Of a stretch of DNA of 64,000 nt, positions 1 to 11,240 are shown piece by piece. Source of the DNA: Fistulifera solaris. Lineage: Eukaryota. Numbering within the stretch: position 1 is the stretch's first letter; each line of letters begins with the position of its first letter. Where the stretch lies: positions 2,294,001 to 2,358,000 of the forward strand of contig AP026164.1 in the NCBI GenBank assembly GCA_030295235.1, read 5' to 3'. The position numbers and the translations under genes were made by a program. The notes beneath the pieces were generated by a model. That model saw only the letters and a list, made by a program, of their open reading frames with translations, was not told the origin of the DNA and did no database searches.

Positions 1-1196
1 CACGTAACACTCGACGCTTTCAAACGCCGACTTTGGCTTCGGAATTGGTTCATGCGGCCCTAGCGATAGTGTTGGGCGTGGTGCTGGCGTTGGTGATGGA
101 GTTGCCCACACCACATGGTCATCACGAGTTATTGGGTCCCGCCATTCAATGGTGGACATCCGTCTTTATCTATTCGCTGTCGCTTCTGTTACCGGTATTC
201 AACTTGGACCACGAATTGGATCCTAGAAATGTATCCATGAATGTGAAGAGTTGTCTGAAACGCGCCTCAAAGAATACCTTTTTCGCCATTCTTTTCGCAG
301 CGATCCCTTCTATCACCTTCTTTCACTCGACTGCTTCTGGGATTCAATGGACAGCTCGTGTCGGCATCCATAGCCTCCTTGTCAGTTTGTACATTGAGTT
401 CTTGCAACAAATCATCAGCATGGCAGTGTTTTACCCTTGTTCGGATTGTCGATTGCTCGTCCACGAATTGTACGATGACGGAACCGAATTGCCCTACGTC
501 AAAGTATTGCTGTGCGGTATTTTACGCGGTGACGAGGCGGTGAATCTGATACACAAAGTCACGGCCGAGCAAGACGAATACGACCGCATCCGCAAGTATG
601 CCGGGTCTTTGGCGTCTTCGCAGCTCAAAATGGGTGCCACCGCCGCCGGGGTGGAAAAGGCCGAAGCGATGCTCGAAGAAGATGTTCTCCAGTTGGTTTT
701 ACTGGAATCTGTTTATAGTACCCGAAAAGCTGTTGTACATTTATTGGAGACGCCGCATTCTCTCTACCTCTTCCGGGCACTTTGTGTGACAATATCCACG
801 TTTGCAGAAATCTTGTTGCGATGCACTTCACTGCAATCGACAACGGAGCTGGTATTGCCACCTGGCTTTTTGTGTGCGATCGAATATGCCGTTGTGGGTA
901 TCTCGCGTTGTATTCAACAAAGCTTTCCCGGTGGCTCCGATTGGACGCTGTCGCCTCTGGCAACGGTGTTACCGAGTGTTCTGGAAAGCACCTTTTCCTT
1001 GCGATTGGCGTTGCTCGACTTTGCCCAACGGCGTGGGGATGGACGTCCGGTCGGCCTACACAGTCCGGAACTTATGCATTTGGTACGAGTGTGTGATAAT
1101 GCTACTCGACAATGGGTAGAAGGCAAATCCGTCAAATTGTGGAATATGGCGACGGAAGAATGGGTCCGAGAAATCAAAACACGTCCTGCCACCTAA
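1..1196 (+). CDS. Nucleoporin Ndc1-like membrane protein (probably 5'-truncated by the window edge)
   Basis: Frame is open from the window start. Several N-terminal hydrophobic helices, then a C-terminal segment (AIEYAVVGISRCIQQS...VLPSVLESTFSLRLAL) resembling the Ndc1 C-terminal motif. Confidence 0.5.
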   Translation, partial: RNTRRFQTPTLASELVHAALAIVLGVVLALVMELPTPHGHHELLGPAIQWWTSVFIYSLSLLLPVFNLDHELDPRNVSMNVKSCLKRASKNTFFAILFAAIPSITFFHSTASGIQWTARVGIHSLLVSLYIEFLQQIISMAVFYPCSDCRLLVHELYDDGTELPYVKVLLCGILRGDEAVNLIHKVTAEQDEYDRIRKYAGSLASSQLKMGATAAGVEKAEAMLEEDVLQLVLLESVYSTRKAVVHLLETPHSLYLFRALCVTISTFAEILLRCTSLQSTTELVLPPGFLCAIEYAVVGISRCIQQSFPGGSDWTLSPLATVLPSVLESTFSLRLALLDFAQRRGDGRPVGLHSPELMHLVRVCDNATRQWVEGKSVKLWNMATEEWVREIKTRPAT

Positions 1197-1553
1197 TATT
1201 ATTTCATATTGTGGCAGTGGAGGCCATTTCGACAACCTCTACCACAAATAAACTATCACTGTTTCATACTTCTCGCTATATCGTGATAGACAAAGTATTT
1301 AGATTCTTTTGTATTCATTATTTAACAACATAAATACAGTGCATGTGTGGTTCATCGTGACGGACGCCAGAATGGGTTAATCACGAGTCGCACGGTCTGT
1401 GCTACATACGGACGATCTCTATTAACACGAAACTATCCGTCGTGTCCGCTCCTCTTTCTTTTCACATAATAATACTTCACCGAGTGTCTTTGCAGTCATA
1501 CTCTCTTTCAATTTCATTTCTCATTCTTTATTCTACTTTTGTAAATCGTCATC

Positions 1554-1935
1554 ATGCCGCCCCCGAAGAAGGTCAAAAGGTGATGACATTGCCGATCAAT
1601 GTCATCTTTTCGCATCTGCAGGTACGTGCAGGGATGCGAGCCATCCAATGGGCACCTTTCTCTCTTTCTGACACACTTTTTGTTATTTTTTCCAAAAAAA
1701 AAGAAAAAAGACGCGCGTACGAATATGGCTGTACGAAGATACACGCATGCAAATTGAAGGTCAAATAATTGGCTTTGACGAATACATGAACATGGTCCTC
1801 GACGATGCCGTCGAATTGGACGCTAAAAAGAATAATTCACGACAAGAAGTGGGACGTATTTTGTTGAAGGGTGATTCCATTACCATGTTGCAAGAAGCTC
1901 AACCCGTACGACCGGCTGCCGAAGAGGAAGGATAA
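1554..1935 (+). CDS. SNRPE: Small nuclear ribonucleoprotein E (Sm E); one intron ~1622-1703, homopolymer indels
   Basis: KVMTLPINVIFSHLQ | TRVRIWLYEDTRMQIEGQIIGFDEYMNMVLDDAVE...GRILLKGDSIT are the SmE Sm1/Sm2 motifs. GTACGT donor at 1622; ATG at 1554 is 1 nt out of frame. Confidence 0.93.
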
Positions 1936-2049
1936 ATTTTTCTTGTCAGGTGATGAGGCAAATGAGAAGCGGAAATGGAATGTAGTATATCTCCAGAGGT
2001 AAAACGTAATACATAACAAAAAGTGGCTTAACGTTTTAAACCTCTCTAG

Positions 2050-2735
2050 TTACGCGTTTTTCAGTTCATCGGGATCCATCCCCATGGAACGGGCTAATTT
2101 TCTTCCTTGAGGACTCTGCATTATCGCGCTGAGACCTTCGGCTCCTTTGGGAGGCTGGATACCAATGAGTTTGCTGGCATAAAATTTCACGGACAGACCA
2201 CACAAAAAGTAAATAAAGAAAAAGGAGCACGCTTGTGTTGTCAAGACGGTCAATTCGGGAGTTGCGTCGTCGCTCATTTCAAACTGCAGTCCCCGACTGG
2301 TGACGAATCGTCGAATGAACGCAAAGGGTACCGAGAATGGTAACACTCCCAACACCTTTCCGGAATGTTCCGTTCCTAATATGCGCATCAGCAAAACAAA
2401 CAAAATCGACGTGTAAATGTTGGGTGCCGTATGCTTTTGCGCCACCAAGGCGACCGCTTCCGCGTGATCGTCTTGAGCACGTTGCCATCGCTTCTTCCAA
2501 CGATCATTGTTCTTTAGCGCTTGCTTCGATGTAGTAGCAGTCGATAAAATAGTCTTTTCTTGTTCTTTTCCATGACTTCTCGTTCGCGTTGCAATTTGAC
2601 GTTGGCTCGTTCCAAGGCATTCAAGGCGCGTCGATAAGATTCCGTGTTGTAGACACGCCAATTGAACCACAAATCACAACCGATTTGAATGGTAACAATC
2701 GTCAAAGCGATACTGCTTATATCCGATGCTGTCAT
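2050..2735 (-). CDS. TMCO1: TMCO1/EMC3 (DUF106) family ER membrane protein, one frameshift near 2560
   Basis: N-terminal TM plus WRVYNTESY, a coiled coil, then GKVLGVLPFSVPF...SRGL and CSFFFIYFLCGLSVK, as in TMCO1. Joins ORFs 2514-2747 and 2050-2670. Confidence 0.8.
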
Positions 2736-3236
2736 GGTCAAGAGCAACTATAATGTTTGAACTTGTTATAGAAGAGCCGCCTCCCTTTTATCGTTGTGGT
2801 GATGCTGACTGCGCATCCTTTTGCTTACTACAGTACTATTATGGAGCTTCTACAAGGATGCCGATTCCGACTCAATTCATTTCAGTCCCGTATGTTATTT
2901 CTCTTTGAATGTCGTGTGGAAGCTTCGACTAAATTGAGTTCACGGATCTGCTCAATCAAGAATAAAATCTGAAATTTAGGTTTGTTGTGGAGATAGATTG
3001 TTTAGAAAGTGCGCGCCAAAACAAATTCTCATCCATTCATCAAAGTGGGAATACTTGGTACTACGTATATGAAGCTTTCAGTAACTCCCTGTGCACCATA
3101 TGCATCGACACGATAGATTTCAGCGATCCGAGTACGCTCGATTAAAGTGTGTGTTGACATTCTTCTAGAATAAACAAGTACAAAGTATAAACCAAATCAA
3201 AACTTGGCTGTCATGAATAAACAAAGTCGTCATATA

Positions 3237-3782
3237 TCACGGGGTCAATCCCATGAGAATCAGAAAGACCAACAAGATAAACAAACCAGCCACGATCAAT
3301 TGTAGACGCCACACACTCGAGTCTTCGCGCAATCGCATAGCACGACGTGTTTCCTCTTGCAGACTATCCTGCGCGGCATCTAAATTATTCTCCATATCCC
3401 CCAACAAGGTAACGTGCATCCGTGCTTCTTCTCCAATCGCCGACGTTTGATTGCGAAGACGTCCAACACCAATTGCCAGATCATCAATCAAGTCATCTTG
3501 TCGTTGCATGGCCAGCGTCACTTGAGACACCGGTGCGTCCGTAGGTTGCGGCGGCTCGTATCCCCCGGACGGTTGCTGTGAACGCAAATGTTGAATCAAG
3601 CGCCTCCGACGCTGCGCTTCCGTTTGTGGCAAATTGTAGTCGGAAAGTTGCTGCTCCAAGCGCTGCAAACCCTGTTGCAGGGACTGCACATCGCCGCTGC
3701 GTGACACGAGACCGCTCGTTCGCATTTGTGATGCGGCGCGGGCAAGCCGAGCGTATTCATTGTCCCAGTCGGTAATTGACAT
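3237..3782 (-). CDS. Qc-SNARE, syntaxin-8/SYP5-like
   Basis: SNARE heptad QDDLIDDLAIGVGRLRNQTSAIGEEARMHVTLLGDME followed by a C-terminal TM anchor. Confidence 0.85.
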   Translation of the reverse strand: MSITDWDNEYARLARAASQMRTSGLVSRSGDVQSLQQGLQRLEQQLSDYNLPQTEAQRRRRLIQHLRSQQPSGGYEPPQPTDAPVSQVTLAMQRQDDLIDDLAIGVGRLRNQTSAIGEEARMHVTLLGDMENNLDAAQDSLQEETRRAMRLREDSSVWRLQLIVAGLFILLVFLILMGLTP

Positions 3783-4143
3783 TTGTTTCTGTTGTTAGAG
3801 AATGCAGAAGAATAAGAAAGAAAGGCTTGGCCACAACCAACAATACACTGAAGCAGATATGGCAACGGTTTTCATTTCGCAGCAATGTATAAATGCAACG
3901 ATGATACGTAGTAATAAGAGGGTGCGCAGGCGTGACTGAAAAACAGTGTACTTTATGTTGTCGTAGCACCATTGGATGATGACGTGGTCTACACGACACA
4001 ATAACGCGAACCGCACAGGTGACTGTTTGATGAGGCTATTATTTAGAAGAATCATCAAACTCCCCAATTGTGAAAAATAATGCAGACCTACTAGCATTAC
4101 CATTCCCATCTACTCTAATAAATAAGTTAAACCCAAAAATTAG

Positions 4144-5075
4144 TTAAACCCATCCACGCAGCTGACAGTGAACCCTAGCTACGGAAGTCATGTAATCTTT
4201 TTCACCAACTGAAGTCGCATATTCCGTCTGCAAGGCTTGCTTCATGTACTCTGATGCTTTGGTGATTTCACCTCGAACTTCACAATACAAACCTAAATAG
4301 AATAGTGCATAGAACTCATCTGAAAGTCTTGAGCATACGATTGCCACGATGAGATTTTATTGTCACCATTCTAACATTCACAGTAGTCTAACGCGCACGT
4401 ACCTTTCACTTTGATGTCCTGCTAATGCTAGATCGTGTTCTGTCCCTTCGCCTCGAAACAAATTGTATACTTTGGCCTAAATCAAACAACCAGAGTAAGA
4501 CAATGAAGTAATGGACGTAGTAGCGAAGTATGTCATCCATGTGACGAAGGCGACACCAGCCCCTGACCAACTAGAAGACACGTACCATAATTTTTCTCCG
4601 ATCCCGCTTTCCGGGGGGCAACGTCATGGCATTAGGAGGTTCATTGGGTCGTAATCGCATTTGCGAGCCAATGTCCCACACAATTTCTTCTACGTCCAAG
4701 GGATTCACTTGCACATCGGTGCGGAATTGTTGACTGGCTTCGGCAAACCGGTCAGCATAATAGTAGCTGAGTCCGCGTTGCCACAAATAGGGAGTCAAGG
4801 ACGGCTTCAGTGCTTCGGCTTGGTCAAAAGTTGAATGGATAAATCCACTTGACCATTCCGAAAGGCGTCCATGCCACGGAACACTAGTTTCTGGGCCAAG
4901 TACGGGTCGTTGTTAGTTGTTTTCTCAGCCAATAAAAGCCTTGTAGACGTCTTTGAATGAATATGCAGTGAAGTATGACATGGATTGAACGCATCTCCTA
5001 TCGCAAAAAAAGCATACCATGATGAGGATTGTTGATGTTGCTGGAGGCACGCGGCTGAAATATCGAGGCTTCCAT
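4144..5075 (-). CDS. TPR protein (NlpI-like repeats), multi-exon; 5' end approximate
   Basis: YLWQRGLSYYYADRFAEASQQFRTDVQVNPLDVEEIVW and DEFYALFYLGLYCEVRG...DYMTSVARVHCQLRGW. GT-AG introns at about 4477-4585 and 4321-4402. Confidence 0.65.
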
Positions 5076-5411
5076 CGTGTGCTTGCTCTCATAACTATAA
5101 TGGATCGCGTGCTCTATTTGTCTTGTGATAGCTCAATGCAAGCTAAAAAACTTCTGGTATAGAAAATAAATTGAAGGGTATTATTCTTTGCGTTCATCAC
5201 TTGTTTGGATCGGCCATTTTTTGCTTATTATTGCGTATTACGCGTGACTCGATTCTTCGTGTCAGACAAAATGTACCTATAGCACACACCTCTCAGCTCT
5301 TGACCCTCATACAAAGTCACTTTTAAAAGTTGCTAAGTTACAATTTACCAGCTATTAGACCATAAAAATTAGTGAAACCTTTAAACAAATCCACTGCGTA
5401 TTCATATAAAA

Positions 5412-6164
5412 CTACGGCGCATTTCGCTGAGATGGATTGGACCGAAACACCGGTGAGCTGACAAAAGGATCTACATTATTTCGATGATTCTGCGCCGCTT
5501 GTCCCCACCAAATGAGTTGCGACGTGCATCGCTGCAAATAAGTATCCCATTGCTCACCATTCTGTCCAGCTTGCAAGGATCCATCTTCCAACAAAACATC
5601 TGCCGCATGGGGAATATGAATCATGGCAGATACAGGTAGGCATCCCAACTCCGACAAGATGGGTCGCAACGCGATAGCGGCCCGAGTACCTCCCCACTGA
5701 CCCGCCGAGTACGTGACAATTGCACTTGGTTTGTACGAAAAGACCGACGAGCCAAAGTGATTCACAAAATTAATCAATGCCGGTGAGGGTGCGTGATTGT
5801 ATTCGGGTGTGATCATGACGTACGCATCCGCTCGCTGTAATGTTTCTTGTATTTGCTGTAAATGCAAAGGGCTTTGACTTTTGCTGTAGGCAAACGCAGG
5901 CTTGTCCATCAGAGGTAATTGTCGAGAATCCAGTACGGAAACCACCAAGTCTTTTTGCTGCTCCAAATGTTGTACAAGGAACTTGCACACACGCGGTCCC
6001 AGAACCGGTCTTGGAGGGCCGTCCGTATGGGATGTGCCCGTTACGACAGCGACGTGCAGGAGAGCTTTCGAGCACGTGACAATTGAAGACAAGCAAAGCG
6101 ACAGGACGCAGCGTCGTTTCTTACTAAATGATGGCCTCGCGAAAGTGTAAATAACCATCCTCAT
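5412..6164 (-). CDS. NADPH-dependent FMN reductase (flavodoxin-like fold)
   Basis: ADAYVMITPEYNHAPSPALINFVNHF...KPSAIVTYSAGQWGGTRAAIALR is the FMN_red signature. Confidence 0.9.
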   Translation of the reverse strand: MRMVIYTFARPSFSKKRRCVLSLCLSSIVTCSKALLHVAVVTGTSHTDGPPRPVLGPRVCKFLVQHLEQQKDLVVSVLDSRQLPLMDKPAFAYSKSQSPLHLQQIQETLQRADAYVMITPEYNHAPSPALINFVNHFGSSVFSYKPSAIVTYSAGQWGGTRAAIALRPILSELGCLPVSAMIHIPHAADVLLEDGSLQAGQNGEQWDTYLQRCTSQLIWWGQAAQNHRNNVDPFVSSPVFRSNPSQRNAP

Positions 6165-6643
6165 TCTATTAGATGCCTTACGAGCTTACGAGGAGTATTA
6201 GCATCTACATATGTTGGCCTTGTCTTTCTAGAAGCTTTTGTCTTTGCGATGGAAAACATTAAAAATGATCGCATCGCGGCGGGCGACGAAAAGCCTCGTG
6301 ACTGAAATAACAGTCAGAGTCGTTGGACGTTGTTTTGATTGTCACTATAGCTATGGAGACTACTACTACAAGCCTCAATAGCAACACCGAAAAATATTGA
6401 ATTTCAATTTCTCGTTCTTCGACACGGATGAAAATTAGCGCAATGCCCGTAGTGGCACGCTCGCTATGATTAACGAGTAAACTTCCGTCCGGCTCGCATC
6501 GATGACGAGCTCTAGGCGAAGCTGCACGCGATGAGGAACAGTGCCATGGGAAACAGACTATTGAAATGGAGCATATGATTTCTTCTCCCAATATTGAGCT
6601 TGATAGAGAGCCGTTTAAGTCGACCGCTTGCACTCCATTAAGA

Positions 6644-8854
6644 TCATGGAATTTTCTCGAGCGTCAGCAGCCGAATGTCGAAGACCACAGCCAGAAAGCT
6701 CTGTCCATGGGCTTTTCTAGCACGATTGAGAGCTCTCCTTTCCGCATTACTAAAATGGATTCGTTTGTTCATGGATCGCAATCGTTCCACTGCCTTGAGT
6801 CCAATGACGGCAACTTCTGCCAGATCGACAGACAATTGTTTGATCTCTTGTAAAACAGGAAAGCGTTCTATTGAGGTTGATAGCTTTCCATGATTCTCTT
6901 CCATAGAGAAAGACATTCCACAATTTCGATGTATGTGGTCCTATTCGTATCAGCGCGACCGGTTGAACTCAATTGCAAAAAAATCATCCACCAAGTATCG
7001 AAATCGGCGAGCCACAGGGGCATCCGGCGGTGCGGCATCCACAACACGCGTCAATGGAGAAAAGGAAGTGTAGCCCAGTTGCTGGCCTCGTTCATAACCG
7101 GGTACAGGTTCTAGAACATCTACCAAAGTCTTGAGTGCCGAGATATCGGATCCCTGAACCAACCGACGCAGCATCATATCGTAATTCTTAATGTGAGTGA
7201 GCCCATGCTCTTCCAACTGAGTACCTATAATATCCAAACGGCGATACATGTCCTTTACGTCTGACACATTTTGTGGCGACCATAACCGCTCTGCTATAGC
7301 TGCAGTTCGTGGCCAGATGCGAGAATCAATGGTTTCTGGGCTTACAAATTCGGACCACATCGTAGCTTCGCCCCCGAGAACCAGTTCTTGTTCCTCTCGA
7401 GTCAGGTTGACGGCTGACGGAAGCGGATCATTTTGATAGTGTGTCTCCGCCGAGAGACACAAGTCGATGTAATAGCCATTCGAAAGAATACTTCGGTATC
7501 CTTGTTGAGCTGCTTGAATCATGGAATCGTGGCCTCGCCAAGATTGAATTATAATACTCTTGGGTATATTTGGATGCAATATTTCGTCCCAACCAATCAT
7601 GATCTTTCCTTCTCTTTTTAGTATGCTCGCAATACGATTGTTAAAGTACGCTTGTAGTTCGTGAGCATTTGATAAGTTGTGATCAACCATAAAATTTTGG
7701 ATCGTTGCACTTTCGTTCCATTCATTGATTTTGACCTCGTCACCACCCATATGCACGAAAGGATCAGGAAATAAAGTAGTCATCTCGTGCAAGAATTTTT
7801 CGAGAAAAGAATACAAGGTGTCTTTTGTAGGATCCATGACATGTTCGGAAATACCCCAATAGGGAGACAATTCATAAGGACCCGGTGCGCTACCGAGCTC
7901 GGGATATCCCACCAACCAAGCTGTCGCGTGTCCAGGAAGATCAAACTCGGGGACAACGCGGATACCGCGCTCCGCGGCATACGCTACAATATCTTTGATT
8001 TCGGTTTGCTTGTAATAGTTTCCATCGGATCCACGCTCATGTAGCTTGGGATATGCCTTGGATTCTATTCGAAATCCTTGATCATCGGTAAGATGCCAGT
8101 GTAGCACGTTGAGTTTCACAGTAGCCATAGCATCAATGTTACGTTGAATGACATCGACGGGCATGAAGTGTCGACTCGCGTCAATGAGCAGGCCGCGCCA
8201 CCGAAAGCGTGGTTTGTCGCGTATAGATACTGCAGGCCAACTGTATGATTGACGGAAAGGATCGACCGAAAGGAGCTGAAGCAGTGTTTCCAATCCGTGC
8301 AAAATTCCAAGATCCGTATCGGCTTCCAGGACCACTAGGGTCGATGCTATCTCTATCGAATAGGACTCATCTTCTTCTAATTCCATTTCGTCCCCTTTCC
8401 GCCGACACCGAATTTTTAGTGCGGGTAACTTCTTACTCCAGTGAAAGAAGGAGGGCGTCTCATTTTTACCATAAGTTGGTGAATTATTCTCAAAGAATAA
8501 GCCGGTTCGACCCGAAAGACGTGAGAGAAATCGCTTCGCCGCCCGAAGGAGACGTTCGTTGAATTCGTCGTCTTCCGGTAATTCCATGTAAAAATCCTTG
8601 TCCAGTAGGAAGGGGTCATCATTTGTGAAAGACACTTGCAAAGGCATGGGCATCATTGCGAGAGTCATATTGCTGCCCTGTATCTCCCGATGCCCTGCTT
8701 TCGGAAGAATCCCCAGCAGATCTTGCATGGCGTTGGACGACTCGGAAGACGTGATTTCCTGCAAACCACGCTCCGAGGCGAAAAACAAACGGCCACAGGC
8801 CAAGAACGAAGCGAGCAGGAAGGAGTGTCGGAGACTTCTGCAATATACTATCAT
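6644..8854 (-). CDS. Beta-N-acetylhexosaminidase (GH20), bacterial-type, intronless; frameshift near 6980
   Basis: DKPRFRWRGLLIDASRHF, LNVLHWHLTDDQGF, catalytic HMGGDE and GGEATMWSE motifs. The C-terminus continues in ORF 6644-6916 (ENHGKL...PVLQEIKQLSVDLAEVAVIGL). Hydrophobic N-terminus. Confidence 0.93.
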
Positions 8855-9922
8855 TGTCTCTGAAGAGAGAAGGAAATCAATGCCGACTGAAATGGAATGA
8901 ATGATAGGGGATGTCTGCTTTTGTTTTTAGTTGCCATCACGGTTAGTTTTACTATATTGTCAGAGTGTAAGCGACCTTTTCCCGCGACTAAATGTTAAGT
9001 CACGACCTAGATTGGTTTGCGAGCATCGGCGATGCCGTCAGCCACTTTCTTGGAAGCAACCTTTCTCGACATGCGAGCGTCTGACTTGGGAACGCTAAAC
9101 GGCTATCGAAAGAGGCTGCAATGCATTGGTCCTCAAGTCAACATCAGTCGAAGCACTCAGTGCAGCAGTGTCCTCTGCCGATGTCAATCACCAAGAGTGC
9201 TTTATGAAAGCAAGAATCGGCTTACTGATTTTTTATCTTTCGATTGCTTTTCGATTTGTGATGAACTTTTTCGACGATCGTTTACGTGGATAATCGGAGC
9301 AGATTGTGCCAATCGTTACTTCTATAGTACCGTACCCTACTGTAGGGTGGGCGGAGCCACGACTGGGTCTCTATCATGGGTCACGCGAGTGTGGTACCAG
9401 TACCGTACCGGGTACATACCGTAGGTAATAGCCGGCTTGCCAGTAGCTTACCATTAGTATTTGTCCAAAGTTTGATTTGTTCTTCGTCTTCTAAAGCTTC
9501 ACGAGGGAAATCTACGTTGCTTGGATCGAACTCTATACGGATTTCTATGAATCGTGTCATCCAGAATCATATTGTTTATAGCGAGATCTAGAATCTCTCT
9601 CGTATGATGGTGGCCATAGTTTGGCCGTAGCGGGCGTTGTGAGCGCAAAACCCAAAATGTGTCTGAATGGTATCGATGACGTTTTTTAGAGAGACGTCTA
9701 CGACGTGAACGGGGAGAATTTTCGTGCATCGCAGACGGCAAACCGCCAACGACGCATAACAGGAGTGACGGTGGGAAATGGAATGAAGGTTTCGATCTAC
9801 CATCTACCATCTGTAACAATCAAATATAAATCGTTACTCAATAAAAAGATCTGATAGATCTATTAGAATTCTTTGTGTTGCCGTCAGGCTGCGGAACGAC
9901 CCGATTTTTACCGGAACGACAA

Positions 9923-11240
9923 ATGTCGAAATTCCAGCGGTTTGTGCTCACAATGATGTTGTTCTTTCCTACGGTGCGTACCGTTTCCATACAACCTTCC
10001 AAGGCGCCGCCGCTGGTTCTGGGTAACCACCTTATTAAAGCGGTGGCTGCTCCGATGGTCGCCGCGAGTGATTACGCGTTCCGTTGTCTGTGTCGACAAT
10101 ACGGAGTTGATTTGACGTACACACAAATGTTACACGCGAAGAACATCGTCCGTGATCCAGTCTTTGTTCGGAATCACCTTGATTTCTACGAATGCGGCAA
10201 TGTTGAACAGAAACTTGTCACGAGCCAGCAATTGATACTAAAAGATACAACATTACGGCCGCCTCTTCCGAGTGTCACGGCCACAACTGGTCCCCCTCAT
10301 TGTACAACTCGCCGGAAATGATCCGACATTGGTCACTCAAGCCGCTAAAAATATCTACAATTTACATCCTCAAATTGCCGGATTCGATTTGAATTGTGGC
10401 TGCCCGCAAGCCATTGCGCGGAAGGGGAATTATGGTTCTTTTTTGATGGAACACGACAATGGGAAAACGGTGTGCGAGATCGTTCGGTCGCTCCGACAGG
10501 CCGTACCGGTTCCTATTTCCGTCAAACATCGCTTAGCGACCGATCCATCACAAAACATTCCTCGATGGCGAGCTCTGCAAGAGGCGGGAGTTTGTTTCAT
10601 CACGGTGCATGGTCGGACTTTGTACGAAAACAAGACAGCGGTAGGACCGTGTCACGTTGAATGGATTCAAAAAGCTGTACAAACATTAAATATTCCCGTC
10701 GTTGCCAATGGTGGTGTCGAACGATTCCAGGATGTGGAACAGCTCCTACAAATCACGGGAGCATCCGCAGTCATGTCTTCGGAAGGGCTCTTAGAGACGC
10801 CGTATTTGTTTCGGGACGATCCTGTCAACGTCCAAGAGGCGCAATTTCAAGTCACCCGCGATTATATTGCGTGGTGTATTCATTTTCCGCCGTTACCGGG
10901 TGTCTTGGGACCGCGTGGAAGTATGACCGTGGTCAAGGGACACGTCTTCAAATTTTTACATCGTTATTGGTCGCAACACGAAGACTTACGGGATCGACTG
11001 ACGAATCCCTCTGTCGATACGTTGGGGCAATTGGAAGGTGTTGTTGACGAACTTTGGGCAAGAGTTTTGGAGCAAGACGAATGCGAAAGCGTATCTTGGT
11101 ACCGCCGACACCGAAAGCAATGCACCGTAGTGGAGCAAGTCCCGGTAGTTCTGTCCGCAGAAGAACGCAAAGCACAGATCAGAAAACGACTAGATCAGAT
11201 GAGAAAAGACCAAAAGAATGTGTTTCGGTTATCGGCCTAA
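9923..11240 (+). CDS. tRNA-dihydrouridine synthase (DUS1-like), frameshift near 10295
   Basis: AAPMVAASDYAFR, TYTQM, PLIVQLAGND, DLNCGCPQ (catalytic Cys), TVHGRT, PVVANGG and VMSSEGLL motifs across two overlapping ORFs. Confidence 0.9.

Noticed and set aside
9017..9819. Short ORFs between GH20 and DUS
   Set aside because: No recognisable motifs or consistent coding pattern; treated as intergenic.
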